From contig CM052816.1 in assembly GCA_028534125.1 (NCBI GenBank), positions 33,110,001 through 33,174,000 of the forward strand: a stretch of 64,000 nt of DNA, given 5' to 3'. Positions 13,093 to 27,559 of this stretch are shown piece after piece. Position numbers and translations under genes: made by a program. The stretch is from Lama glama. Its lineage: Eukaryota. The notes under the pieces were generated by a model. The model searched no databases, was not told the origin of the DNA, and saw only the letters and a list, made by a program, of their open reading frames with translations. Each line of letters starts with the position of its first letter. Within the stretch, counting starts at the first letter, position 1.

Positions 13093-14439
13093 TGTATCTC
13101 TTCTACCTTTGTTCTTAAATGGTTTGATTGAAGAGGAAGGTGCTGGACACTGGAGATGCAGTCTTAAAACACAACCCCTGCCATGGAGCAGTTTACAACT
13201 GGGCTTATACATGACATCACTGCTGATAATATGGTCTACGAAAAATCTTAGAGGAACCCAGAGGAGGAAAACTTTGCCCGTGGGCAGGGGCAGCAGAGGA
13301 AGGCTTGGGAAAACTTCGGTGGAGAAAGAGTAAACCACAGGTAAGGACCAGAGGGGACCACTCAAAGCAGGGAAGGAAAATAGGGCACAGTCCCAACTCC
13401 AGCACACAAAGAGATGCTGGAATGACTCATGATATATTTAAGACAACAGAGAACAACGTGAACAAAGATTAGAAAGGAGCAGAAAAGCCATAGAAAGCCT
13501 TCAATGCCAAGCTATAAAATTTGGACTTTATTTATCAGACTGTTGGTATAGACAGAGGACTCAGTAGCAATGAAAGTGATGTATACAAAGTGGCGTTGTC
13601 AAGATAATGGCTCTGGAAATTCAGTACAAGGGGGACTGCAGAAAGACTGGAGTCAAGGAATCTGAGGTGAGATGAGCAGATCAGGTAAAGCAGAGAAAGG
13701 ATGAACCCATGTAAGAAAGGTCCCGAAAGAAAGGCCCACAGGATGTGGGCAGGAAAGAGCTGGAGGAGTAGAAGAGGCTCCAAATCTTCAGGCACGGATG
13801 TGAAAGATGGTGTCTCCCTGACCAGAGACAGCAATGTCTGGGACACCGTGACGGGTTGGCTGTTGTCGCGTGTGAAGAGAGACCCAACAGACAGAGATCA
13901 AATGCTGAACGAAAGCTCTGGAAAGACACCAGCAAGCACAGTGTTGGGCACCCCACAGAAGAACCAAACCCTGAGGGTGACTGAGTCATGCAAGGGGTCC
14001 CAGAGCTCAGGCTGGGGTACAGGCTGTTGTTGGGGGCAGGGCAGGATGAAGCAGGAGAAGTCAGGGAAAGGAACAGAGAAGGAAAAGCTTCAGGAGGCGG
14101 TGGAGAATGAAGACAGCACATAAGAAAAAGGCAGCAGGGAGCTTCACGAAAGCACTAAATCCCAAGGAACCAAAGTCAATGTACACAGAGCAAACACACT
14201 GGATGAGGTGACTACAAGGTCATGGGTACTAGAAGAAAAAGTAACAACGCTGATGGTGGCAATAAAACGGTTCAGAAAGAGACATGGGAATTTGAGCAAT
14301 CTACATCGATCATTCGTGAGTAAGCAGTAAAATCAGCAATATCTGAAAGGCAGTGAGATACAATGGAAGCCTCTGTACACTGTGACTCAGGAAACTGGAG
14401 ATTTAACAACAACCCCAGCCCCAGGGTGCTGAGCATGAA

Positions 14440-14670
14440 GCACGGGCCCTGTGCTGTACTACACCCTTGACCCACGTCCATGAATTCAGCCCCTACAACA
14501 GGTCTGCCAAGTGAATTCTATCAGTCCCATTTTTTTAAACGCAGAAATGGAGGCACTGAGAGGTTCAGGAACTCACCCAAGGATGCAGGCTAACGAGCAG
14601 TGGGGCCACACAGGACCCCGGCTCTCAGACGCCCCATCTGCGCCCTTTGTCACTAGGCTCTTCTCTACCA
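14440..14670 (-). mobile_element. MIR SINE
   Basis: cccattttt...gcagaaatggaggcactgagaggtt...actcacccaagg. Confidence 0.7.
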
Positions 14671-17600
14671 GGTACTGGGTAGCCCTGGACATGAACAGAT
14701 CTTCTGAGCCTGCTTTCTCTCCTGGGAAATATGGGGAGGCTCTGTGGATACCTAACATTTCCGGCCTTATCAGTCTAAGTTGCTGGGGCTCTGTGTTAGA
14801 GGATGGCTCTGAAAGGTCTCAGTGAAAGACATCTTCTCTTTTTTCGCTTCTTCACATCTCAGCAGAGGATTCACTTTATCTACAAAGAAGCCAGGAACCT
14901 AATAGACTGTGCTAACCCATGGCTTGCGCCTTCTGGCTTTCAACAGGCAGTTGGAGATTAGAGTCACCGTGGAGAATGTGAATCAGAACATGTGTGGTAC
15001 TCACTTTTATCATGCGTTACCACTGGCTCATTGCTTTGGTAAATATAAAATAAATTTCACGCCTAAGAGAAGCTGATATACGAGGACAGTGTGAGAAATG
15101 ATCTGGCTGCTTCTGCAATTTCCTGAGTGTGGAAACCCTGGCAATCTTCTAAACACTAAAAGGGATGTAGGTCATGTCTTCTTGGTCCGATACACTTAGC
15201 ACTGTAAAGGTATCATCACTCTCTTAGTCCAGAGTTACAGTGAGGTTCTGATAGATATAAAAAAAAATTCTCTGCCCAGGAACAGGACAGAACAAGGTTC
15301 TCTGGTTCTCAGTGCACATGCAGCAATCTCTCTTGTTTAAGTGCCTGACTGAACACCACACTCTGTGTACTCCAAAAGGGAGTGATGCGCTAACGTAGAG
15401 CAGAGCTGAATCCCTGTTCTTTATGACTATTGTTCTCCTTCAAGTGCCACTCCCAGCAACATAAAGATCCACTTAGAACTAAATAAAACAGGAGGATCAG
15501 GAGGTCAGGGGAGACATGAGGACAGTAAGACCTCCCTACTTGACTGAGGACAAGTCAGAAGGAAAATAATTCCACACAGCCCCATCTCCCCAGTGTCCAA
15601 GCCATATACTAACTCATTCACGATTTCCATTCACATCTGACAAACCCTTCCCCTCTACTTACATTCCAATCCCATTCTTCCCAGCCTCTGCCCAGTGGCT
15701 GCTCCATTAGTTATTTCCTCTCCTCTGTATCGTCTCCCTTCCTCCTGGTTCACCCCCCAGACGAGCTCAGGTGGACCTGGCCGTCTCTGGATGTCTTTGC
15801 GTTCCGGGCATGCACAACACACCTGCCTCTGCTGGGTTTCAAGGGCAGGAGGCAGAGCTCTGCAGAGCAGTGTGTTTTCTCTCCCTTTCAGACCTGCTCA
15901 ACCAGAACCAGTCCGGACAAGTTTACCACACCGATGAAAATGGCCTTTCAGGCCCTCTTATCCAATGTTCCTTATTCTGGTGTCACTGTCTACCTATAAT
16001 CCTTGGCTTAAGCCATTCGCTAAACTACTCCTCTGTGATTCTAATGTTTGCCACGTTACCAGCCTCTTCAGACTCCAAAACACAGTCTTCAAGAAGGGAA
16101 ACAAAAAAGTGGTTAAAGAAAAAAAATTACAGAATTTCAGGAATCATGATAAAAAAATAAGTGAAACCCCTGGACAGAACAGAACTTCCCTGGCATACTG
16201 AAACCTAGACAGCAAAGACAGTCTCCCCATAAAGCCAGCCTTGCGTCCCACAGGGTCTGCAGATACATGGCTGGGAGAGGAGTCGAAGATGGTCAGTGAG
16301 GACGCACCAGTGTCGTAAATCACACAGGACATTCTGTCATTTTTATCAGGAAGAAGAGTCCAACTGGTATCACTGATGATATCACAGAGGAGCATTTTCC
16401 TAGGAGGGTCAAATTATCATGCAAAGGTGGTGAGAATACATAACTGCTCGAGTGTCAGAGATGGGAATGCAGCCTAGAAGATCATCAGTTTTACCTTCTT
16501 AGTTTACACAAAAGGAAAAGGAGATGCAGAGAAAATCTGCTCTGAGGTCCCACAGTAGGACAGAGACAGTGCTGGGATTGGAACCCATGCTCCTTGAGTC
16601 CTCATTCCAATTCACTGTGCTACCAGCACACCACTTCCCCACATTGGTTCTTCCACATGCTGAGACATGCAGCTTTATAAACTAATACAAGCCACTTAGA
16701 TGACCAGACCTTTTCTGGGATCAGGTGTTCTTGCCATTGGAATTTTAACATCAGTCACAAAGTTATGTCACACACTTCCTGAGGAGTGCATGGAACTGTT
16801 CATGTAAGCAGTGTGGGGAATTCAGATCAAACAGTCAGTGAGTGACTCAAAACTCAAGACAAAGACGGCCAACACTGGAAAATGTGTGTGCCTTTTTCTA
16901 ATGGGCGAGGTTCCAAGCATGTGTAACATTACTCCCTCTACTTTCTATGTTCTGGTGACTGGAAATCTTGGGGTTAGTCCAAGGTCAACCTACATGCACA
17001 AAGGGAATCCCTAGGATTGTCTTAGAAAGACATGGCCCCCCAGACAGGTAAAGTCAGGGCACATCATCCCAATAAACTATCTCAAAGGACAATCTTCTTT
17101 CCAACTGTTATGTTGCACAGGGATTTATACCTTTTCCTTACTGACTTAAGAGGCCGAGATTTTAACCAGAAGGCTTTCTTAGGGTGCTCCAACAATACAG
17201 TCCAAACTGTTTCATTCAGCTCCATTTTCCTGCATGTTAACACATCACTATTGTCCAGAGGAAAATAAAGTTATCCAGTCTCTTAACTTATGAACCTCAG
17301 AAGGAGAATTCCAGGTGTTAACTCGCTGCCTTTGTGAATGGCGGCTGTGCTGAACGCTTGCTCAGAAATATTTACATCAGTCCGGCCAAGCCCAAAGGGA
17401 TTCTTTTCCACAACTTTTCAACAGTATTGCCTGTCTTTTTCTTTTGAAACAAAAAAGCTGGTATTGCCTAGGTTAGAGTCCAACTTCTAGAAATGAAATT
17501 TCCGTATTACCCCATTTGTTTAAGCTTGGGAAAAAAGATAGAGACAGCTTCTCTCTAGCTTGGACCCTTTTGCAGCGGGACCCCTAAGGGCTGGGATGAC

Positions 17601-18429
17601 TCATGTAGGCCGGCAGGGCCTTGGCAGGTAACTCGATGAGTTACGAGGGCCGTGACAAGTGGGGAGGGACGGCCTGTCTACAAGGGTGGCAGCCACTCGG
17701 ATTCAGCCAGTTACTACAGTGAGGAAGACTGTCAGTACAGCCAGATCTTCCTCTTTCTCAAGAGAAACCATACATTCAGGTTTGGGGGGAGGTCTCAGTT
17801 TTTTAAAAAGTTAACTCGAGTAGAAAACAAAACACTGTTTGTGCCCAACCAAATATGCCCATGGGCTCGACTGGGATGCTGTTTCCAGCATGCTACATCC
17901 CCTCCATGGGAAGAGGGAATGACGCATGTACAAGGCAACTGTTGAAGGATGTGAGAATGTTAGTCTCAGAAAGCCTCCGGTGGCTTTGTGGGAATGTGTA
18001 AAAAGGAACAGGAACATGAGCAGAGACAGCAAATTATCAAGGGTTTATGGACATCCGGGACAAAACAAGCCTTCGGATTCTCTGACAAGTCACTGGGTTA
18101 ATGCAAACAAAACCCCACCCTTCGTCCACTAAGAAACAGACCCAGAGGCCCACTCTTTTCCTCACAACCCGAGTCCCCCGTTTACTCCAGCCAACACCTA
18201 ACCAGCAGCTGGGCCCTGCATCTCCCTCTGGAATTATCTCATATCTCACCCTTGTTCCCAGCCCATCACCTTACTGCAGACCCTTACCCATTGCCTAACC
18301 CACTAATGTCACTCTGGCAGCCTCAGACTCCAGTTTCTCTCTCCTCCTACCTCAGTCCAACCCTAGTTCCTTCTACACACAACTACTGAAGTGAGTCTTC
18401 TTCGATGTGCACATCATAAATTCCCTGCA

Positions 18430-18580
18430 AGTATGCAGGAAACTGCTAACAGTGATTGCCTCTGGGAGGGGGACTTGGAGAGCCCGGTGTGAGGAAAGCT
18501 CATTTTCCTCTGCATCTCCTTTCTGTACTTCTTGAAAAAATATTTCACCATGTGAGTGAGCATTACTTTCTCAAAAACAT
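18430..18580 (+). mobile_element. Ancient L1ME-type 3' end
   Basis: aaactgctaacagtgattgcctctgggagggggac...ttctgtactt...ccatgtgagtgagcattacttt. Confidence 0.6.
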
Positions 18581-18599
18581 AGTAAGTTTTAAAAACTGT

Positions 18600-20390
18600 A
18601 TTGCCCCAGGGCTTCTAGACTGAGAAGTAGGACATCTCCTCATCCCACCCTACTGAGGCACGTCCATGGACTAAAGATTTTCCTAAGTGAGAAGAGAGAA
18701 GATTGAGAACTAAATCACAGCAGAGCTTGGGACACATATAGGTGAAGGCAAGAGCGGAGGTAGAAGTTGGTAGGAAGGTGACATTAGAAGTGTAGAAATT
18801 GAGCTATTAGAATAGCTCAGTGGTAAAGTGCATGCTTAGCCTGCATGAGGTCCTGGGTTCGATTCCCCACAACCTCCACTTTAAAAAAAAAAAAAAAAGA
18901 AACCTAATTACCTCCTCTGCCCCGACAAAAAGAAACTCCAAACAAAAGAAGCTTAAAAAAAAAAAAAGTATAGAAACTGAAAGGAGTGTCCGTCCAAAGA
19001 ACAGCCTGGAGAAGAGTGGCATGGCCCAAGCTTCCCTTCCCCAGCCCGTGAGGACAGCACAGGGTCTTCCCCTGGACAGAAGTCAGACACGGACTCTCCA
19101 AAGGGAGCAACTGATCTGCCAGAAGGGACTGGTACCCCCAGTAGGGACCTCTTCTCTGGCACTGAGGGAACCTCAACTTGTCCTGCTTGCTCCGCCTGGA
19201 CACACCCTCACGTGAGACCTGCACCCTCAGTTTCAGAACACAGTCAGCTAGAACCATCAACCAAGTCCTTCATTTGTGAATCTGGGTGAGTAAAGAAGGA
19301 TCATCCGATTTGAGCAAGGCTAAAGGAACAAGACAAAGACTGGCATGAAACAAACAGAACCAATCCCAGAGAAATTAGAAATTCATGAAGCAGAAGAGAA
19401 TTTCAGAGGGGAAAAATCTGAGTATAGTCAAAGATACTAGAAAACACATAATACATACATGAAACAAAAGCCTTATTATGAGAAGGAAAAGAGTACACCA
19501 AAATTAAAATTGGATTTTTGAAGTTAAAAATTTAATAGAAGGGCTGAGATAAAAGGGTGGATGAAATTCCCAGAAAACTGAGCATGGGAGAGGAGGAGAG
19601 AAGACAAAGTTTGATAACATAAGAGTTAATCCAGGAGATCTAATACCAATCTATTGAATTAATAGGAAAAAAACTGGACACCAGAAGACAGTGGAAGTCA
19701 TTAAAGAAGAGATTTCCCAGAGCTGAAGAACACAAGTCTTTAGTTAGAAGCCCCACAAGTGCTGAGCAGAATAAATGAGAAAAGACAGAGTCTCATGAAG
19801 GGTCACAGTATCAAGGAGAAAGAAAACATTCTAAACTTTCAAAGAAAGGTCTACATGAAGGCACAGACTCAGTAACATTGATTGCTGGAAACAAATTCCT
19901 TTCAAATCCTGAGGGAAAATTATTTTGCACTTAGATTTTCATACCCAGCCAAATTAACAGTTAAGTTTGAGGGCAGGTAAGCATAGGTTCAAAGTACACC
20001 TGCCAGACACTCTTACTGAAAAATATCAAGATATATTCCAGAAAAATTAAAAATATGTCTAAGAAAGTGGAAGACAGTAGCTCCAAGAAAAAGTAGAATT
20101 CACCCAAGAATTCAAAAAAAAAAAATTTCACGATGACAGCTTGGTAAGCAAGTCTAGAAAGCAGTTCATAATAAAGTATCTGAAAAAAAATTGTATAATT
20201 AAGGGAGTAAATTATAATGTTCAGAGAAAGAGAACACGTTACTTCTGCTGCTGAGAAAGCAGGCAATTAGAAAGTCCAAGAAGAATGAGGCTGTATGAGA
20301 ACGTGGCAGTCCATACACGAAGCAAACAGAAGTGTGCCATGATCCTAAGCAAACCAACCACACATAAAGTGAGAATCTTACTTATGTGCT
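18600..20390 (+). mobile_element. Old L1/HAL1 5' region and ORF1 remnant
   Basis: A-rich sense strand with ORF1-like text gatttcccagagctgaag and ttcaaatcctgagggaaaattatttt...ttttcatacccagccaaatt; no open frame remains. Confidence 0.65.
18803..18965 (+). mobile_element. Camelid tRNA-Ala-derived SINE with target-site duplication
   Basis: tagctcagtggtaaagtgcatgcttagc...ggttcgattcccc plus A tail. TSD aagtgtagaaattga (18788-18802) / aagtatagaaactga (18966-18980). Confidence 0.92.
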
Positions 20391-21709
20391 CAGAACATCT
20401 TCTGTCAGTAGCTTACATGTAGTAACATAGGATTCCATCTTTATGGTCCATTCGTATTTTTGAACACCACTTTAAGAGAGGTATCGGAGTCTCTGGATCA
20501 AACCAAGAAAAAAGCAAACCATCTCCTTGGGTGTTCCCAATGTAGGACTATGAAAGACACTGTCAGTTGACTGAGTAAACCTGTATTTCCCACCCTTGAT
20601 TTCCCAACCTCTTTTGCAACTTGACCACAATTAGAGCCCAGGAATTGTGAGCCACCGAAGTTCATGGGATGTTGCCTTTAGGATAAAAAGGCCAAGACTT
20701 GCTATAGAAAAAGCCTTGCTCTTCTCCCTTCCCTGTTTTTCTTGCCATTCTGTGACTAAGGATGAAAGCCCTGTTTCAGGAACGGTGGGGCAGGAGGGCA
20801 GAAGGTTCGAAATGACATCTGTGAGCGGCTCTACCACTCTGAGATGAAATTCCTTCAGGCTTCTTGCTACAAGAGAAGATTAACCCCCTGTCTATTTAAG
20901 ATGTTAGTTGCATATTTCTTGTTGTTGCTGGGGAATACATTTCTAACTGAAACAGGAAATCCATCTCCTATATTGAGTGAAAGCCAGTCTGAGTTTGAGT
21001 TTCCCTCATCTGCAAGCAAGAAAGATCTGACTAATACGTGTCCTCTTTCTTTGCAGTTTGCTCCAGAGGAAAAAGAGACACAAAGGCCAAATCTTTTACC
21101 TTCGGCCTCAGGAGGAATAGGGTGTTGTACAGGGGCCTGGAGCTTTCATTTAAGCACATAATTGGCCCCAACCACAGGTTAATTTCTGTGTTGAACATGG
21201 GACACCTAACATGCCCACAAGGAAACTGCATTTGTCCTCCTGGGCCCCAGTAAAATGGGGCAGAGAGGTTACACACACAAAGAGTATTGTCAGAGTATGT
21301 GATTGTGTTACACAAACATAGTAAAGTAAGTAATTTAGATCAGTGTAGTAATAGTTCAAAACATAGTCAATTCTCAAATTCAAGAGTGCCCAAACTGTCT
21401 GATTCAGCTACATCAACATTTTATTCACCAGTAAACTCTTCATTATTCACTGAATAATGGCACAGATAAGCCAAAATAATATTTGCCTTGAATGGGTTTA
21501 TATTTTAAGTTGGGTGTGTCTGTTGTTCTGGGAATGCACCACACCCCAAGTAAATTGAATCCAAATGGAAGGTTCTAACTCAAAAGAAACCAGCATGTTC
21601 TTTAGCTGGGCCAACCCTATTCTCTTTAGTGCAATTATTCCTCATGTAAGAGGCAGGCGATACTACCACACTGACCGAATCAATGCCACTCCTCAACCCA
21701 GCACTGCTT

Positions 21710-22085
21710 ATTTCAGTCATTTAATAATATTACACAAGCATCTACTATGTCAGATGCTGTGCCAGGTGGTGTGGATATTCCAGAAAGTAAGACAATACCT
21801 GCCCTCAAAGGGCTTACGTCTACTAAGGTCAGGGGGTAAAGTAAGGGTTCAGACAGGGAGGAGTCACCAAGCTATTACAACCGAGTCCTGGGGAGGGGAA
21901 ATTAGAGAGTACTGTGGAAATACACAACAGGGACTTAGAGGGTGGTTAGGGAACAAGTCCTGGGAAAAATAAGGTATAGTTGGGATGGGTTCCCCTAACA
22001 GAGGGAACAGCATGTGTAAAGGTCTAGAGGCAAGGCATAACATGACATAGTCAAGGAACTTGGGTTTCAGGTTCAGTGAAGCTGT
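21710..22085 (-). mobile_element. L2 LINE fragment
   Basis: aagcatctactatgtcagatgctgtgccagg...cctgccctcaaagggcttac...agagggaacagcatgtgtaaagg. Confidence 0.75.
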
Positions 22086-25000
22086 CTACCTGCGCATTTA
22101 GGTAGAATAAGAACTTAGGGGAGCATAGGTTTGAGATCTTCCTCCATGTGCATTCCAGCAGGCAGTCACGTAGTTTAAGAGCTGTACAACTCCTGTGAAC
22201 ACTGCCACTCACTCTTCCAACCTGACACAGACACTTAGGGTAGCCTCAAGTGTGATAAAAGTCACTGTGGCCCTCAACCCTGAAATAACACCAATTTTGG
22301 GTATATTTCAACACCATACCAGCTTTTTGCTTATTTGCAGAAAATGCTAGTCAAGCAAAAACAAACCATTTTGAAAGCCAGATTTATAAACTCCCTCAAT
22401 TTCTCCAAGGTGACTAATTTCTATTCACATATCTATGCAGCAGGAGGTGAAGCCTAGAAGGAGGTTACCATGTTCCATCACCCCTCCTCCTGTATCTGGT
22501 GGCTCCAGTGCTTGTCACAGGCTCACCTCTCTCTGCCTCATCCCTTCCACCCTGTTGGAGGAGAGGACCAGAAGCTCATGGTATCAAGATACATAGGCAG
22601 TTGGGGATTTGTGGGGCTGAGCATGTTCAATTTTAAGGTTTATGGGCACCTGGCATGCCCTCCAGGCATGACATCCGTCAACTGAGCTCAGCATGGTGTG
22701 TGGAGCCAGAGTTCAAAGAGTGATATCGAGAGCACATGTGGAGAAAGGAAACTTCTTCTGTGAAGGGAGGCAGAGAGGACAGATGAATGGATGGTACCAG
22801 CACAAGACACTTGCAGGCTGGTGACAAGCTGAGGAAGTCACAACTCAATGGCTCTCTCTGTAAAGCAGGAGGCCAAGGTGTTCACTAAAATGGAGAGAAG
22901 TGATCAGATAAGAGAGCAGAAAAGAGAGCAAATAACCACTGTGGTGAGTGGCAGGGAGTTGTCCAAGTCAGTGTTTTTCAGTGAGTTGATGGCAAAGCAT
23001 CCCGAAATGATTATTTAAAAAAAAAAAAGAGAGAGAACAAAAAACCAGAGTACAACACATACAGTAAAGACAATCATTGTATATAATAAGTTAATATAAC
23101 ATATGTTTATGTGTATCCTGAATAGTGCTGTAAAATATTCTTGCTGTGGGTGGCAGTCAAAATACCTGCAAGCCAACAGAAGGAACCACTTAAGAGCACT
23201 GACAACTCAGGTGAGGTGGGAAACAATTTCGTTCGTGGCGGCCCTAATCTACATTTTTATGCTTTTTGCCTCACCCCTGGACAAAGTCACAAGTGGTAAT
23301 TAAATTGAAAGGCTCCTGTTAAATGTTAAATGCAGTGACTCAAGGAGAGAATACATATAAAAACATATCAAGTAATATATCTTATCACTTATGCTACTTA
23401 ATTATGCTAATTAAAACTTTTGAAGTAATTTGACAGTAAATTAAGAGACAGTACTACTCTGTTTGACCACATAATTAAGCTTTTTGCTTTCCATTAGAAT
23501 TTTTATACCAAAAGATCTTTAAGTGATCTATTTAACTTGCAGGATGTATCACGCACTTGGAGTAAAAAAGTTAAAAGGTGTTTTATCTTAAAACCACCCA
23601 CATTTTTATGATTTACAATCGCACAAACCAAGACTAAAAACCCCATTCTTGTTAAATATTCTCTTAATAACCGAAGCCAAGTAAATTCTTTTAGAGAGAG
23701 AAAGGCACTCCTCCACCCCTCAACGAACCATAAAAGTGACTCCATTATAGAAAAAGGCATTTATTTTCCATTCTCAGTCATTTGTGAGGTGCCCCATTGT
23801 TACAGATAAATCCCAAGTGAAACAGTCAAAAAATGAACATCGCCATCTTTCTCATTTACCCAACTATTATTCAGAGATCAAGACTGTCCTTCAAAATCAC
23901 TCAGCCCTGACATCTAATTCCGTAAGTCTACTGAAAGTTAGAAGACAGCCTGTGAAAAGATAAAAAGTTGCCAGGTAATGGATTCCACTCCCTCCTCCAA
24001 GCCATTTAATAAACTCATTATTATTTACTGAAGGAAAACAAAATTAGTTGGAAAGCATGTTGCTCTTAATATGCTTCAAATGTCATCTGCAAAGATAGCT
24101 GTGAAGCCACTTGTTCACCTCTAGGGACCAGCTTAAATTTGAGGGGAGAGCACATGGCTCTTATTTTTCCCTTTATTCCAACTCCCAGGAGACATTAATC
24201 ATCAGAAGAAAAGTAAGGCTGTTTCGTAGTAGGGACACTGTACTGGGTATCACAGAATACAGTATTTTGCTCAGATATTTCTAGGTAAGTCAAGCCTCAA
24301 CTGAACCAAATGTATAAATAAACTCTAGCTACAAAGTAACTCTAGAAAAGATGGAAAAAGATGAATAATTCAGTTGATTAACAAATGATATCTTTCAAGG
24401 TAGCTTGAATTCATTACAAATTCAAATGCAGAAAAAGGAATCAATAACCTCCAACTCTGGAAAAAAATTTAAACATAGAAATTCATCTAACCCAGTAGTT
24501 CATCATGCCAAGACTGCTGGTCCATGTACCACACTTTGAGAACGATTACTCTAAACCACCACAACCTTGCAGAAGGTTCAACATGTATGCAGAAAGCAAA
24601 TGAAGGCTAACACAGCCTCCATTTACATGGAAGAAAAAAGCTGGAATTCTGACACATTTCTCAAAACTCAATCTGAGAAATGCTTTTTCCTACTTGTTTA
24701 TTTTTCTTTCTATCCATGCCCTTCAAGAAAACCCCCAGTCACGTTACGGTACCATCACTCAATCTGTAGAACAACAGCCACTATCCCCAGCATCCTGGCA
24801 GAAAAGAGCTAGTAAGGAACCCTAAGTTTCCAGGGTTCTTCACCTAGTTGAGGGGGAGTATTCTCAAGTCAGGAAAGAACAAACAAAGAGACTGGCCCTA
24901 ACGACTAGAGTGTCAGTGCCTCTTGTAAGCCAACTGATTGCTAAAGTTAGAGAGGGCAGAGGGGTTTCCAACTTGACTAGCTGGGGGTGTGCAGCTAAAT

Positions 25001-25859
25001 CTAAGTGACTGTGATGGCGAGAACCCTTACTGGGAACGGAAGCAAAAGACCAGGAAACAGAGTGTCCCAGAAGGGACGTCTTCTCAGTACATTAACTCTG
25101 GATCAGATGCTGGCTACCATACCAAAGAACCACAGCTGGGTTATTATCGATTAATCAATAGCGGCCCTGATTCACTTGGACAGCTGAAGAGCTGTGGGTT
25201 CCATGTAACAGACCTCCGCCTAGTAAATGCAGAATTGGCACTGTTAAAACACGGCTCTTTCAAATTGTTTAAAACTCCTACTGAGATGCACATATTTTCA
25301 GCAACATTTCATTTCTCAGAGGAACATAACTCAAGGACAGGGCAAAAAGACAGCAATAATTTTATTGCAGGGAAGCCACTCTGACAAGTAAAATTAAACT
25401 ATCTAAGGGGGGATCTCTGGGAGTATCTTAATCTTCCTGAGACATTCCTGGTGTGGCAGGAAACGGCCTGACTCTTGCACCCCAATTCCACCCAGATTGA
25501 GATGCAGGCCTCACAACTCAACATGGCAAAAGCAAAACGACTGAAGGAAGTAAAAAAGGAAAGGACTGGAAGCCAGTGGGCTTATATTTGAAGAAGAAGA
25601 ACAACAACAACAACAAAAAGAAAGAAAGTAACAGCCCTGGTCCGACGAGCAGCCAAACCATCTGACTTTGCCTAAACCATGCATCTAAATTGGTCCTTTA
25701 ATTCTTCCTTTTACAAGGATGCTCTGGGAGTGAAAGGACATGCAGGTACTAGTGCTCTTCGGAAACAAAAATTAAGGAATCCCTGAGGATGTGATTTTCT
25801 TTATTTAAGAGAGCTTATAATGTAAATGTCCATTAAAAATGCTTCTTAAGACCAGCATA

Positions 25860-26520
25860 TTTAGTTGGTGAGCTTGTGGAGGAACGAGACCCACCTACAC
25901 TGCTGGTCGGAATATAAAATGGTATAACCTCTTTGGAAAACAGTTTGGAAATTTCACACAAAGTTAAACACATACTGTCCATGTTGACCAGCTATCCTAC
26001 TCTGACGTCTTTACAATAGCGTATGTTCATAAAAAGACCTATACACAAATGTTAACAGCAAATTTATCTGTAAGGTCCCGAAACTGGAAATAGTTAAAAT
26101 GCCCTTCAACGGATGAATGAACAAATTGTGATATGTTCACACAAGGGAACGTCCTCAGCAACAAGAAGGAATGAATTATTGATACATGTAACATGGATGA
26201 CTCTAGAACTATGCTGAATGAACTCCAGACCAAAAAGATAGTACATATTCTAAGATTCCATTTACATAAAATTCAACAAAATACCAATTACCCTAGGGTG
26301 GCAAAAAGTAGATCAGCGACTGGAAAGAGGATTAGGAAATGGAAAGAGAAGGAGAAATGGAGAGAGGGGAGGGATGAGAGGAAAACTTTTAGAGTGATGG
26401 GTATGTTCAGTGTCTTGACCGTGGTAATGGTTTCAGGGATATACATATAACTTCTCAAATTGTGCACCTTAAATATGTGCAGTTCATTGTCAGTTACATC
26501 TTCATAAGCTTTTTAAAAAC
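25860..26520 (+). mobile_element. Old L1M (L1MC/ME-like) ORF2 end and 3' UTR
   Basis: tacactgctggtcggaatataaaatggtataacctctttggaaaacagtttgg...acatggatgactct...aattgtgcaccttaaatatgtgcag. Confidence 0.85.
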
Positions 26521-26971
26521 AGCATACATATTTAGGTCTTTCAAGATCTGAGCAAGGGAACGTGTGGATTTCAGTGGCTAAACTACAGAAAATTAAACTC
26601 TATAATTCTAATCTGGGTTTCAGTCGAGCGTTACACAATATTCCAGGAGCCTTGACATCTCTATTCCTACATGTGGAAACAGCTCTGCTTACCCCAACCC
26701 TGGCAATGTGCACAGGGTCTCAGTCATAGGTCAAGCACCTAAAAGCCTACTCTGGTAATTATTAGCTCCCAGTTCTAAAACCAGCTCAATGAACTTAAAA
26801 CCCTTTCTCTATCTCAAAGGTTAGTTACTACGCTAGTCAGCCTTCCTACAGAGGTCTGGTGAGGTTAATGGAAAGATTAAAACATTCAGGCCTCACACTC
26901 TATGAAAGCTGTTCTCATCCACCTGGGCTGTTATAAAAGCACACGTGCCCTTCTGCTTCCATGTCATGCTT

Positions 26972-27303
26972 TAAGGGTTGGCAAACTACAACCCATGGGC
27001 CAAATCCACTTCACCTGGTGTTTCTGTACAGCCTAGAAGCTAAGAAGCATGTTTACATGTTAACATGGCTTAAAAAAAATAAAATCAAAAGATCATCTCA
27101 TCACATGCAAAAAACAATAAAAATTTCAAATTTCAGTCCTGGGACGTAAAGTTGTAACTGAACATAGCTACACCCATTAATTTATGTTATCTGTGACTCT
27201 GTTTACCTTCAACGACACAGTAGTTGTGACAGAGACCACATGATCCAAAAATGTTAAAATATTTACTATTTGGCCCTTTACAGAAAATGAGTGCCTACCC
27301 CTG
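26972..27303 (+). mobile_element. MER58-type hAT-Charlie DNA transposon
   Basis: Termini agggttggcaaact...tgcctacccctg and the characteristic aaaatatttactatttggccctttacagaaaa. Confidence 0.85.
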
Positions 27304-27559
27304 CTCTGCCCCAGTGCCACATGCCTCTGAGAAAATGAATTCTGGAGACAGACGATTGTCCTGAAAAGCAACATAGTGGTTGTTTTCTCCCAACCAGTAC
27401 CTTTGACAGATGCTTCTCCTTCTAGTTCAGAGCAAGGCTATGATGTCACCAGATATGCCCACTTCAGTGTCTGCACTCAGGGAAGGACAGAGCAGCCCCC
27501 TCTGTGGGGCCACATTTTCAGTAACTCAGCCCCCTACTTACATCCTTTACTTTCCCATA

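Noticed and set aside
13681..14123. Overlapping 140-146 aa ORFs on both strands
   Set aside because: Purine-biased sequence next to degraded L2-like text, with no recognisable domain or splice structure.
23290..23500. TAAT/homeobox-rich stretch suggestive of a conserved enhancer
   Set aside because: Short AT-rich motifs are expected by chance; not supportable without alignment data.
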